From NCBI GenBank assembly GCA_021613535.1, contig CP075495.1, positions 4,030,001 to 4,094,000 on the forward strand: a DNA stretch of 64,000 nucleotides, written 5' to 3'. Below the pieces are notes generated by a model, which had not been told where the DNA came from, did not search any database, and saw nothing but the letters and a program-made list of their open reading frames with translations. The DNA is from Adineta vaga (taxonomy: Eukaryota; Animalia; Rotifera). A program made the position numbers and the translations under genes. This document shows, one piece after another, positions 38,537 to 53,000 of this stretch. Each line of letters starts with the position of its first letter. Within the stretch, counting starts at the first letter, position 1.

Positions 38537-39744
38537 GACATTTCTTACATTTCTTTGATTTACTTTGTAAAATAAGTAAATAGAAGAATTATTCTTTAGC
38601 TCATCATTTGATGTTTGAAATGTACGAAGTAACTATCTCTAGGAAAGAAGACCGTTTCCCGCCATTTTAACTCTGAATGATTGATTGCTGTCAGTCATTT
38701 TTAGAATTTCTTTACAATGATTATCAGTCGTTCGTCAGTCTGTAGTATCGATAGATCGATCGAAACTTTTCTATGAATGATCAATATTGAAAAATGAGAT
38801 GTGGGATATTTTCCATCAAAAAAAACACGTCCGATTCCTGTCATGTTTAATAATAATGAAAAAGAAACCGATCCAAATGAAGGATATAAGGCCATATGAT
38901 CGCAAATAGTCACGATCACGGAGCATAGGATGGTAAGCGTACGTAGGTAAGACAATATTTGTCGTAATAGAGCTGTATAAATCGATAGACGATACATCCA
39001 CCTTATTGATAATATCCTTGTGTAAATATGAAAGATGCTACAGAAATAAATTTACGTTCGATGATTTCAAAACCAATATTTTACTATTGATATCAACACA
39101 GCATATTCATTGTGGTAAATATAGAAAGATCATATGAATGTTTTGACATATACTCCACTTCTTTCTATGCAGTTAACTCTCCGATCATTCAACGTGAGAC
39201 CTATGATAGTAAAAATTTTTTTTAGAAATATGCAATAAAGTCACTGTGAACAGAGACTTTTCTTCTAAGTAATAGAAATAAATACATTCGAAGTTTTTAT
39301 GTAAAATCCAGACAGAATGTTATTTATACATCTAAGTTCGAAATATTAATATTAGTCACGAGCTGAAATACTGCATTACTAATAATATGAATAAAAATCA
39401 TATTATTTTAATCAAACTCAACATATTTATTCGTTTAACATAATATTATTCCGATTCGATAGTAATAGAAACTGAGAAGAGTAGTGAAAGCAACAGGATT
39501 TCTTTTGAGAATAATTCACTACTAAAATGTATTTCTTCATGAATATACGTCACGTTTGTCAATATTTTATGATATCCATATCGGAAGCATGTATCCATTT
39601 ACAAAGACTTCATTAATAAGAATATGCAAACGTGTTCTTTGAATAATGATGTTAAATTTCAACATAAGTAACAGTAAAAGTATGACATTATTTCAATTTA
39701 GATATTTTATAATGACTTCTTCACTAATCTTAATATCGTTAAAA

Positions 39745-40933
39745 ATGATTAGAAAAGGATTTCCAGTCGTTATGATCATTTTGATCTTTTATTTATATCT
39801 TTTTCCTTCGATAAGATCTTATTATCAAAATTTAAATCAATCATTACCTTTGATTTTACTTTTCACGTATAATCATTCTATCAAAACACGTTCAAATATC
39901 TGTCAAGGTACTCGAAATGGTGGACATATTGTAAATTTTGATCGTTGTCCAATGAAATGTGAATTTTCATGTCAAATAAATGACTTTAAACAACGCTCAC
40001 CACATGCTGTACTCTTCTTTGGAGAAGATTTTACTTGGTCATTCAAAATAACGAATCAAAATCGATCATCATCCAATCAAAGATGGGTGTTTTGGTCATG
40101 GGAAGCACCGATTCATCATCAAGAATATACTCAATCGCGTTTAACATTCAATTGGTACGAAAAAGAAATCTTTCATGATTGTTATTTCTAAATTTTCTCT
40201 CACGATTTCGTTTTGTCTTAGGACAATGACCTATCGACAAGATTCGGATATTGTTCATGCTTATGGTCGTTATATCGCACGTAATTTATCTTATACGATT
40301 CATGATAATCAAGTAATCGATTTCTATTTATCATCGAAAAATAATCGATCAACATTTGATATTGAAGAAGAATTCCGAAGACGAGAAAATAAAACCTTAT
40401 GGTTTGTATCAAATTGTCGTGCACGAACACAACGATATAAAATTGCCGATAAATTAAGTCAGTATTTTCCCAATGATCGTTATGGTCAATGTTTACAAAC
40501 GAAACATTACATGTCCACTATAGAATTTGAACAAACACTCTTTCGATATAAATTTTATTTGGCTTTTGAGAATGCACATTGTCAAGATTATATAACAGAA
40601 AAAGCTTTTTATAATGCTTTAGCACATGGAAGTATTCCGATTGTTCTTGGACCGAATAAAAAGAATTATCAAGAGATTTTACCACCGAATTCTTTTATTC
40701 ATATAAATGATTTTCAAAATTTAACAGAACTTGCTAATGAACTTAATGAAATCACTCATAATCTTCAACGATTTACATTTTATCATCAATGGCGTAAGGA
40801 TTATCGATTGATTGTATGGCCATCAAATTATTTTATTGATGGTCTCTTTTGTAATTTATGTCAGAAATTATATTATGATGAAAAACCGAAAAGTTATAAG
40901 AATTTTTCAAATTGGTTGAATAAATGTAATTAA
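39745..40933 (+). CDS. Alpha-1,3/4-fucosyltransferase (GT10), type II membrane
   Basis: N-terminal TM, QRWVFWSWEAP, FNW/TMTYRQDSDI across an intron, WFVSNC, YKFYLAFENAHCQDYITEK..NAL..PIVLG. Start codon uncertain (39712 or 39745). Confidence 0.9.
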
Positions 40934-41410
40934 ACTCCGTAAATTTCTGTAGAGAAAATATGACAGTTGTTATCCTTTTATTTTTTTTAATAAAAATTAA
41001 TATTAATTGTTGAATGAACTATGTATACGTTACCATTGAAGAAAAATGAAGTTGAGCTGAAACTTTAGATATTTGCTTTCTTTTGTATTTGTTATAGAAG
41101 ATGACGAAATTCAATACAATAGGAAGGTCGATCGATATCACCTGAATGTCATGTTTTAATTACGAATTTGCTCAAATGTTGTTTTGTACAACAACGATGA
41201 TCATTCTCAAAAAGTAAAATAATGAATGTATTTGTGAGGAAAAACAGCAACTCATTTTCTTTGTTTGTCATGTCATTTGAACCGATTTTGGAAGAACATT
41301 AATTATTCTCCGAGACTTTTTTTCAAGAAATCCATCACACAATGTTTATCATGCAAGATTTGATAATTAAATAAATTGTTTGATTACACATAACTATTTC
41401 ATTTGAGAAA

Positions 41411-41874
41411 ATGTCTACTAAAAAGAAACAGGACACTAATATTGCTCGCAATGCGCCTACTAGCACGAATATCAAACAAGTACACACACTTTCTTTCTCT
41501 ACTATTTGAATAATTTCTTTTTCTTCTAGCCAATATCATTCTCAAATCGAAACAATGTCAAAACACAAAAATCTATATCAACAAAACAAAAAACGTCACG
41601 GCCTGTACCAATACTATTACCATATGTACCACCCGATGGACTTATGTCTGATCTATTCAATGCTATACAGCGTAGAGCATGGGCACGAGCAAAATCTTTA
41701 TGTTATGAATTGATTCTATGTGATCCATATAGAAAGAATTATTATGATTTGTATGAACGTATTGTACAAATCATAAAAATTAATAATGAACGTCGTCGTC
41801 CACGACAATATATGAGAAGAATTGCTACTGCAAGTAGTGATAGTAGTGATCAAACAACAACAAATCGACGATGA
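41411..41874 (+). CDS. Small basic protein with a TPR-like (ERICH2-like) helical hairpin, 2 exons
   Basis: MSTKKKQD..IKQ / PISFS..PDGLMSDLFNAIQRRAWARAKSLCYELILCDP. GT-AG intron ~41480-41530. The family resemblance is from memory only. Confidence 0.5.
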
Positions 41875-42646
41875 TCGTATAAAGATGATTACGACTATAA
41901 AGATTTTCATTCACTTCTGATACATTTTCGACTACATGATCGAATACATCTTATTTGGTTGTATAAATTCAGCGAAGTCGATTTGTACAATCAAAATAGA
42001 CATGTATTTTTTGAAAGATTGCAATCAAAAATATATATTTGTTTACTTGAATAAAATGAAGTTATATTCTACGAAAAATTAGAAATAACAAAAAACAATT
42101 TACTTCATATCAGATAGTTATTCTTATCTAATACTAGTTTTCATTAGGAATAGAAGATAAAATATCTCACTTTATTATTTATTCGCAATTCTATCTTGTT
42201 TCGTAACGAGACTATTATTTTTAGATTTACTATGTGTTTTTTTTACAATATTTGACAAAAAATATTATTTCATGCTTCATTATTTTTCACAATTCCTTGA
42301 AAAAAAAAATTCGGAGTCTTCGGGCGCATCGTACACAGATGATTCCATAGTTACTTTCAATGAAAAAAGTGAAATGAGAACGACGCCATTCACAACTACG
42401 TAGGAAAAAAACCATTTCTATTTGTCTTCTTTTTTCTTTTACATTCTCTTGATTCCTTGGACTACTTAATGGCATACACTCACATATGTGTAAACCATTT
42501 GAACCGTTCTACTATTGGTTGAGAAGAAAGATAAGAAAAGAAAAAAAAATAATACACTATATATAGAGCGAATTCTTGACCTCAGTTCATTTTTATATAG
42601 TCTTCAAACGCGCACAACTTGCTTCTACTCTTACAAGTTTTAAAAC

Positions 42647-42932
42647 ATGTCAAACAAAGCACAAGGTGAAGGTCACTGGGAATCACATTCCTATTCAGCT
42701 CAAACAACAAAAATTGGTGACAATCCATCGGTTACTGTTGGAAAAGAAGCTTCTGCTGAAGGAACTTTCGATGTAAGACAATTTGTCAATAGTGATATGA
42801 TTATTTTTCTCTTCTATTTATGACTTGTAGCATGGTAAACCAGTAGTAACTGAAACTCATGCAACTACATTTAGCGATAAAGATCATCCAGGATCACTCG
42901 AATACAAAGATCAACAAAAAAGTATCAAATAA
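42647..42932 (+). CDS. 75-aa hydrophilic protein (2 exons), not in the ORF track
   Basis: TATA-like TTTATATAG upstream, AAAACATG start, intron 42773-42830 (GTAAG..TGTAG), frame preserved to TAA at 42932. Confidence 0.7.
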
Positions 42933-43388
42933 AATACAAATATAAGAAGATCAGAACATTTCTAAGAATGTTTTTTGCGTATGTTTTGGTTTTATTATAA
43001 ATATCCTCTATTCAGATTTGATGTTTTCTAAAAAGAAAAAAAATTTCTGTACTGCTTGTAGGTCTTAAAGTTATTCAATAAATAAGATTTTCGTTCGAAA
43101 ACTTGACAAAAAAAAATTATATTCTACTCGATGTAAAATTGAAAATCATTAGAAAAGGATGTATTTTTTTCATTCTGTATGCATGACATAAAAATGTTAG
43201 ATTCATTTGATGAGTAACATTTTTTTAATATAGACAAAATACGATATGTCTATCGCGAATGTTGTATTTTTTCTCCTCAATAAATTACCTCTATATTGGT
43301 ACTTTCTTATAAATGAAAAACAACAACAACAGTCAATAGCTTACATTAATAGAGCAAATAATAATACAAAATAGATTGATTGTAGTAT

Positions 43389-44570
43389 TTAGCCAACAGG
43401 TGAAGTCGAATCAGGAGGAAGAAGTTTATCTCTAGCTGCGTCTGATTCAGCAACAACTGTGTTTCTCAACGAATCCGATATACTTGGTTGATTTTGTATT
43501 TCTGATAAGTCAAGATCTACTTGTTTAGGTGGTTCAACACGTGATAATGTATCATTGAAACTACCTGGACGTGAACTTGATGTTTTACATACGGTATATA
43601 GAGCAAATGATGGTTTAAGATTTTTCAATGCAGAAATAATATCTTCAACTAGAATCGAATCACTTTTTCTAACAGCAAAGTATAAAGACATATTTATGGA
43701 TATAATAGATCGATGACCAGTCGCATTTGCGGGTGCTTTACATTCATTCTCGACAGTAGTCGTAGTAGTTGTAGTAGTCGCAGTAGCTGTAGCAGTCGTA
43801 GTATTCGTTGATGCTGTTAGTTTCCCAGTTGTTGTTGATATTTTTGGTGGTGTTACAGTAGGTAACATTGTCGTAGAAGCCGACGAATTGGATATACCAT
43901 CACAGTTTTCTGGTACTGTTATTGTCGTATCATTGCAATTAATAATATTGTCTGTAGAATTAGAACAATTATAAATTGATACTGTTTGATTGACACATTC
44001 CAAAACATCCATATCAGGTTTCGTACAGGGGTTAATAGAGAATATTATATTATCACAATGTTTCATATGACTCCTATCAGATGACTGTTTGGTGCAGTTA
44101 AAGGTTGAAACGACTATTTTACAACTATCATTAAGAGAAGTCGTATTGTGTTCAATTACAATGGGCACTGGTGGGGGAAATATATCACCAGATACACCAA
44201 AATCTATCTTCTTTTCTAATATAGTTGTTTTGGGATCATTAGATGTAACATTGGGTGTAGGAGAAAAAGTTTCGAATTGAACATGAGCAAATCTATCACC
44301 AAATTTCTGTCTCAAAACTTCCTTTACCTCATCAGCCAACATAGTCATTGTATCAACAGCATCATAAAATAATGCTAATTCATTTGTTTCAATATATCTG
44401 TTCAGTGCAACATTTGCTGATGATAGTAGAACTACATTGCTTTCTCGTAGAATTCCATCTTGTCGGCTAACCAACACACCGATGGCAATACCAGCAGATA
44501 TGACACCTACACCTGTACCAACTGATACTACCATCAAAGCAATACGTATAACAAGTGTTGGATCAAACAT
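43389..44570 (-). CDS. Intronless type II membrane mucin-like glycoprotein (Cys-rich and Thr-rich, possible split SEA fold)
   Basis: N-terminal TM, many NxS/T sequons, Cys-repeat region, poly-Thr tract; CTATAAATA upstream. Confidence 0.7.
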   Translation of the reverse strand: MFDPTLVIRIALMVVSVGTGVGVISAGIAIGVLVSRQDGILRESNVVLLSSANVALNRYIETNELALFYDAVDTMTMLADEVKEVLRQKFGDRFAHVQFETFSPTPNVTSNDPKTTILEKKIDFGVSGDIFPPPVPIVIEHNTTSLNDSCKIVVSTFNCTKQSSDRSHMKHCDNIIFSINPCTKPDMDVLECVNQTVSIYNCSNSTDNIINCNDTTITVPENCDGISNSSASTTMLPTVTPPKISTTTGKLTASTNTTTATATATTTTTTTTVENECKAPANATGHRSIISINMSLYFAVRKSDSILVEDIISALKNLKPSFALYTVCKTSSSRPGSFNDTLSRVEPPKQVDLDLSEIQNQPSISDSLRNTVVAESDAARDKLLPPDSTSPVG

Positions 44571-47059
44571 TATTGTTTTGTGACTTATCGAATTTTCCTA
44601 TTCTAAAGCATATGAAAAACTTTTTTTTCGAATAATATAAATCAATCAGTATTTATAGTGAGTGACCAAGAAAAACAACGACGATATTATGTGAATATAT
44701 ATGTGCTGATTAATTGATAGGTAACTATTAAAAAAAAAAGAAGAACGATAGAACACGCCAGAACAGAAAAGGGAAGTGATTATAAGGAGTCAGCTAAGAA
44801 CAAAATAGAAACGTCAAAGGTAAAGTTGAGTAATGTGATTGCAAGGATTGTCTTTTCATATTCATTTCTGTCACATTACTTTATACACAATCTACCTGTG
44901 CATCTAATTTATATATTTTTGTGACGATAAATGATTCGGTAGAATACTGATGCTATTGATATTATTGAACTCAATATATCTATGATTGAAATGATTTTTC
45001 TTCTCGTCTATGACGATGAACAAAACTGAAATAAAATTTTATCGAAAATATAATAAAATAAATCTTAAATTTAACAACTGATTACGTAATAAACCAAATA
45101 GATTCTTAGTTTGTTTCTTTTTTACGAAAGAAGAAGTTTTATTGTTAGAAATCCATAAATAGAAAATACAATTAGATATGATTTTCAGCGCAATCGTCAT
45201 CATATAGACAACAGTATAAAATAAACGAAAATCATGCTTTGCATACAATGAAGCAATAGATCGCATTTCATGATTTGATAAAAGGTAATCCAGCGACATA
45301 ATCACGTCTAATACCGATGAGTAAGTTATTTATTCAATCCAATTTATACATTTCCTATTATCTACCGTTCATGACAACAATATACCGTGTCTTTCATACA
45401 TGGTAACAAAGAAACAAATATTTTCACTTTTATAGCATGTTTTATTTGTATAGATTTGTCTGAATAAAGTATCCTGAATTAAATTTTATCATGCTTTCAT
45501 TTGCATTGTATTAAACTCAACACAATTACATGTGTTTGAAAAATCCGAAGCAATAAGAAAAGCGAAGTTGATCAAGATTCGAATTCTTTCAGATAAACAA
45601 AGAATATTATTATTATCCGAAAAGAAAACCTGACTAGAAATGATTAATCAATGTAAAATGAAACTATAAAAAAAACCATATTAAATATAAAGTAATTGGT
45701 GAAGTTCATCATCTGGCGGTGTGTATTGATATGAATCCATATTAGTCGTCAATTGAGTATTTTGTCTTTTTACTAAAGATAAAAATGAAATATAAGATAA
45801 TGATGATGCAAGGATTTACTTTTCATTGAACGACGTTTCTTGCGATGGAATAGATGATGTACAACACGATTTGTTAGACGTAAAACCTGCGAAGAAGAAT
45901 GAATGTAAAGAATCAAAAGAGATATAGAAATATAGTACTGGATTTGGAAAACAAGAGAATTTGAATTTGATTGAAGACGAAATGGATCGAAAAGAATGAT
46001 CTTGAAAATTTGGCATACTACTTTCGAAGAATTCTATCACACTGAAGAAGGAATAGGAGAAAAAAGATCTCTCTATATATATAAATGTACGCAAGTAATA
46101 ATATAAATCAGTGAATAACTTCGATAATGTGGGTGGATGAATAATAAACGAACGAAAGTGTAAATTCTACTTAGAAGATGATCGATGACTACTAACGTCC
46201 TCTCGTGTTCTCTACAACATAAAACAAGGACATATATTTTAGTATAGTACTTTCAAAGTCATATACTGAACAAGCCAGCTGTTTCATGCTGTGTTTTATA
46301 TCGTATGAGCACCACTTTCATTCATATCTAATAAACTTTGTTTTCTGTCCTTGCAATTTACAATTGGAAAATGTACTGTTGTTCATTGTCAAGAGAGGAA
46401 CGCATATGTATATATATCAAATTGAGATCGGTTTGTTTAAATAACGAACGTTGATCTTATTTATTCGCAAAGACAAATAACAAAGTTTATTCTCGACAAA
46501 TTCTATACTCTATCTCATTTCAATAGTTAATATTTGATTTTTCGATGTTATGATCGGTAAAATATAATACGTATTTGATCAAACGTTCATAACTAAAATA
46601 AAATGAGTGCATAACAAAGCTTTCAACAAGGATTTTTATAAAAATAAAGAGGTGACTATATAGATAATCCATAGGAGTATAAGTTACAAACAATACAATC
46701 GAATCGTTTAGTTATGCAATGAAAAATTCGAATGATTTTCATTTAGGGAATATTATGAAGTATAAAAGAGGTGGAAAACAGATTGAATATATTTTACCGA
46801 TGTTTTTTTCTTTATTGATTTTTTTAAAAATGCACGTTAAAAATTTTAATTAAGTTTTGAGTTGAGTGAATATTTCGATAAAAAACAAGAAATATATACA
46901 TATAAAATCATATAATCATTGTGTTTGTTCTCTTCATTGGAGAACTAGATCGATACAAGTTTCTTTTCTTGCAAAGAAATCTTTACTGCAGCCTTTATTG
47001 TTTGACAAGTATCATTGGAAAAGAAATTAAATACGAGAACAGTGTTGAATTTTTTTATC

Positions 47060-50000
47060 ATGATATCATTTTATGATATCATCATGTGGTTATTTCTGTT
47101 GATTATTGGACAAGTATCAGGTAAATAATCTATCATATGAATTTAATTCTAACAATTGTTTGTGATGCCTTAACATAAGATTCACTCTGACAGCTGTCTT
47201 AAGCATTTCATCGCTTTTATGTAATGTCAAACTTTTATTTTAGGTCTATCTTTTAATCAACCAAAATTGTGTCATAATGCGACATGGAATGAAAATGCCA
47301 CTACTTTTGCAGATAACAGAACAGTTGGTATTAAGCCTCAAGGTATCTTTGTTACGAGCAACAACACAATTTATGTGGCTAATCGAGCGAGTAATCGTAT
47401 TGTTGTATGGTTTGAAGGAAATAATGTATCAGTGAAGAATCTTTCAAACAAGATATCGCTTCCATACAGTGTTTTTGTTACAACAACAGATGAGATCTAT
47501 ATTGATAGTAGCAATGGCACGGGTAGAATTGATAAATGGACATTAACTTCAACAACTGGTGTACCAACAATGTATACGTGTGCTAAATGTTATGATATTC
47601 ATATCGACATGAATAATAATCTCTATTGTTCATTGAATGATGTTCATCAAATTGTCGCGAAATCGTTAAATATGATATCAAATACATTGAAGATTATGGC
47701 TGGAACAGGTACTCCTGGTAACAGTTCGAATATGTTGAACAGGCCATTTGGAATTTATGTTGATAATTATTTCAATCTATATGTAGCGGATCGTTATAAT
47801 CATCGTATTCAATTTTTTCCACCAGAACAATTAAATGGAACTACAATTGCAGGAAATAGTTCTTTAAATTTTACTATTACATTGAATTATCCAAGTGATA
47901 TTACTCTAGATAGCGATAATTACATGTTTATTGTGGATAGTGGAAATAATCGTATTATTAGATCAGGACCAAATGGTTTTGACTGTTTGATTGGATGTTC
48001 TCTTTCATCTGGATCAGCAGCTAATCAATTAAATAATCCAACTATGTTAAGTTTTGATAGTTATGGAAATATATTTGTCGTCGATTCTATAAATAATCGA
48101 ATACAACAATTTGCATTAGTAACGAATGTGTGCAGTAAGTCGAACAAAATAAATACTTTTTTGTAAATTTAAGTTTATTTATGTTAGGCAACAATAATGC
48201 AACACCCATAAATAATAGTAAGAGAAGCTCTTTATTCACCTTCTTTAATTCAATCTAAATCTAGATAGTACAAGTCAATCGAATTTGTTATCAACAACAA
48301 CAACTGTTCAATCAAATCTTGTAACGCTAGCTTCGTCACAAAACGGTAAGTCTATTAAAACTTACACAATACGCCTAGGAATTTTTCATGACGAAAATCT
48401 TTCTTTTAGTTGTTTCGTACAATCGACCTAAACTCGATCCATACGCTACATGGAGTGCTAATGCCATTACGTTTGCTGATAACAACACCGTTGGCACCAA
48501 TCCACTTGGTATATTTATCAATATCAACAACACAATTTATAGTATGAGTCAAACAAATGGTTATATTCAAATATGGTCGAACAATAGTATTTCTCCAACA
48601 AAAACAATTTTCAATGCTTCAGTGTATCCATGTTCGTTTTTCGTAACATCAAATGGTGATATCTATATTGATAATGGATTGTTGAACGGTCAAGTTACAC
48701 AATGGAAATTGAATGCAAATACTGGTATTCCTGTTATGTCCATTGATACGTATTGTTTTGGTCTTTTTGTTGATATTAGTAATACTCTTTACTGTTCAAT
48801 GCCTAGCAAACATCGAGTAATTACAAAATCATTAAACAGTAATTCAAATATAATAACAATTGTTGCTGGTACTGGATGTCCTGGATCCACCTCTTATGCT
48901 TTCTGGTCCTTACGGAATCTTCGTTAATACCAATTTTGATTTATATGTTGCAGATTGTTTCAATAATCGAATTCAAGTTTTTCAATCCGGGCAATTAAAT
49001 GCAATTACCGTGGCAGGAAATACTTCTTTAAATACAACAATTATATTAAATTATCCAGTAGCAGTTATTTTGGATGCTGATAGTTATTTATTTATTGTGG
49101 ACAACAATGCTCATCGTATTGTAGGATCAGGACCGAATGGTTTCCGGTGTTTAGTTGGATGTTTCCGTTCACCAGGTTTTGCGTCGAACCAATTAGACAG
49201 TCCAGCTACTCTTAGTTTTGACAGTTTTGGAAACTTATTTGTCGCAGATTATGGAAATAATCGAGTTCAAAAATTTACTTTACTCAATAATAGTCTCGGT
49301 AAGTAGCACTAAAATAATAAAGATGTGAAATATATAAAACCTTTTTTACTTTTAGTTCCATCGTATAATCAACCAATATTTTGTCCTAATGCAACATGGA
49401 CTGCAAATGCGGATACATTTGCTAATTTATCTACAGTTGGATCAACTCCTTTCGACATATTCATAGATATTAATAATACAATTTATGTTGTTGATAATAC
49501 GAATTCTACAATTCAAATATGGTCTAACAATAGTATTCTTCCAGCACAGACAATCTCTGGATTTATGACAAAGCCATTTGCACTTTTTGTAACTAATAAT
49601 GATAATATCTATATCGATAATGGAAACTCGAGATATCAAGTTGATAAATATTCATTGACTGCACTTATTTCAAATCCTATTATGTATGTTAATGACAGTT
49701 GTTATGGTCTTTTTGTTGATATCAGTAATAATCTTTATTGTTCATTGTCTACCTTTCATCAAGTTGTCAAAAGATATGTGAATGATAATTCAACTACGTT
49801 AACAATAGTTGCTGGAACAGGTACTGCTGGTTTAACTTCACAAATGCTTAACAATCCACGTCGAATCTTTGTTGATATTTACTTTGATCTTTACGTAGCT
49901 GATTGTGATAACGATCGAATACAACGTTTTCATCAAGGACAATTGGATGGAATAACAGTTGCCGGAAATGGTTCTTTGAATATCACTATTGAACTCAATC

Positions 50001-53000
50001 GACCACATGGAATAGTTCTCGATGGTAATAAATATATGTTCATTTCGGACCGTGACAATCATCGCATTATCAGATCGGGACCCTATGGTTTTTATTGTAT
50101 ATTCGGATGTTCTGGTTCATTCGGCTCAGCATCTAATCTATTGAATAAACCATCGACTCTTAGCTTTGATAGTTATGGAAACATATTCGTTGTGGATACT
50201 AATAATGGTCGAATTCAAAAATTTCCTCTAGCAACAAATTCTTGTGGTACGTACAGATAATCATTAGTTCACTTTCGTCACTTCTTTCATGTAACATTTT
50301 CTGATGAGAGAACACATTTTTATTTTGTTTATTACTCAGTATCTTTTATAACCTATGCGTTTATTGAAGATTTATTATATTACCTGATAATATAATTGCT
50401 ATTGTTTTAATATAGATGAACTTACAACAACAATGATTCAAAATCCAAGTACTGCACAGATTTCAACAGGTATGTTACTAAAAGTAATACTGAAGAAAAT
50501 AAATTGAAATTTTTGTACAACAATTTATAGCACCATCACCAATATCCTTAGTTCAACAAGGTAAAACTTGTTCTTTTTTGAAAAACAAGAATATCATTTT
50601 TAGCTAATGGTTATTTTAGTATGTTTTGCACCAACAATTACACTCGTTCCTGGTCTATCAACATTGTCATCACCGATTCAGTATCGTCGAAGTCAAGATT
50701 TTTTCATCGTCTCAATCATTACATTGAATTGCAATAATTCATTATCATTTAAGATTCAATGGACTGTAATGAATTGTACTTCATTTTGCTCGAATTCAAT
50801 ACAATTAGATTCAACAATAGCTACTACATTAAGTGAATTATATATTCCAGCACGAACTTTATCCTATGGTTTATATAAATTGACACTTACTGTTACTATG
50901 GTTAATATGTCAAGTTTATCATCATCATCATCTGTTTATGTTCAAATCTCGGCAACAGGTATAGTAGCAAATTTGGTACAATATGGCACATCAATGATTA
51001 CTCGTGGTAATCAGCAAAAGCTTCAATTAGATCCAGGATCATATTCTGTTGATCTTGATGGAGATTCTTTTAATGCTAGCGTAAGTTCATCTTTAGAAAA
51101 TGAGTCTGTTTTATTTGTTCTACTTGTCATATAGAATTGGAAATACAAATATTATTGTCGAATCTATGGTTTCTTTACATTTCCAAATCTGCAAGGTTCA
51201 CTTCTGACAATTGATGATATGAGAAATGACACATCAAATCCTTCATGTTTATCCAATCGAACAGGATGGCAATTAGATAATTCGACGAATTCATCATTGA
51301 CAATTCTTCCTGGTTCACTTCAATCAAATCGAACCTATCAATTCATGGTTCACATGGAAAATCGTCAGAACTCATCAACGCAAGCAGCAGGTTATGTTCT
51401 CGTTAAAGTTGAAGATAGCAGTCCACAATTGATTCTCATCAGGTAACTATATTTGCTTTGTATTTTGTATCAAAGAAAAGAAGGATATTCTTTTTCATTA
51501 GTTGTGTTATATGGACATTATGTGAACCAAATCTAGAATATCAACGTGTAAATCCAACAACACAAGTTGCTTTATTCTCTGTATGTGCTGGAAATTGTAC
51601 AGGCATTCAAAATATTACATGGAATATTTATTATGGTACATTAAATACATCAACAAATTTTACACAATGGACATTATTCAATCAAATGTCGGCTTATAGA
51701 GATATTTGGTTTTTTGGTAAAGATTTTCGATTTTTTTTCTTCTATTCAATAAAAACTTTTCGTTTATTTTATTCAGGTGCGAATACAAGTAATTTCACTG
51801 CTTCTAATCAATTGTTTACATCCAATTCACAAATCAAACTTTGGCGATTTGAAGTTGTTTATACATTTACATCGGAGAGAAGTTTAAGTTCATTAAATTT
51901 TATTATCAATCAACCACCTGAAAATGGTTCATGTTCGATCAATCCTTCGAATGGAACAACAAGTAGTCTATTCAATATTTCATGTTTAAATTGGTTCGAT
52001 GAAGATTCAATTAAAGATTATGCTGTTTACGGTAAGCTATATTTTTCTTTCATAACAGATTATCATTTCTTTCTTAATTCAGCGTGGACGACTGATCCAA
52101 CATATAAAATAATCGTTGCTTATTCAACATTATCCATATTTTCAGTTCAATTACCTGTTGGAGATAATCAAACATCATTACTTCATCTATCTGTTAATAT
52201 TCGAGATCAATTAGATTGTATTACTGAATTAAATATTTCCGCAGTCACTGTGATTTCAGACACAGTGGCAATGACAAATTTAATTAGTGATATTCAAAGT
52301 TCATCAAGTGGAAATACAACAAATCCCATCATTCAATTACTTGCTAGTGAAAATCAAAATATAGTTGGACAAGTATTAACATCAGTTTCACAACAATTCA
52401 ATCAAATGAATAATGATATTGTTGATAAAGCTATTTCAAGTAAATCTTATTTTAATAGGAATTAAATGAATCTTTCTTCTTCTCTAGATGGTATTCCAGT
52501 TACAAGTATTTCAATTTCATCATTGTCAACTCAAAGTGGACAACAAGTAATTTGATTTAATCGATATTTTTCATTTAATTTATGTTTTTCATTCTTAGCC
52601 ATCAATATCAGTGAATCAATCAGTATTGAATGAATATAATAAACAATTAAATTCACATGCAACTGTACGAGATTATCTTATTTCATTCACAACACAACTT
52701 CCTATAACAACAGCAAATAGTATTAAACTACAAGCATCATCGTTAGTTCAATTAACAAAATCTACAAATGAATTAACACGAGCAGCTTTAGTAATTATCT
52801 TCTTATTTCATTTCATTTTAATAATGAAGTCTGTTTTTAGACAGTCGCATCAGATAGATGTTATCGATTAACAATGGCTCTGTATTCGATGAGAACGAGA
52901 ATACCATTTGAAGATGTTCAAACAGCAGCATCTGATCTACTTCAATGTGCTGCTAATGTTTTAAGTGTACGTAATTATTCTGAAATATAATTTAGAATTT

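Noticed and set aside
38701-39001. Short overlapping minus-strand ORFs
   Set aside because: No motifs or exon context; they lie within the repeat-relic island.
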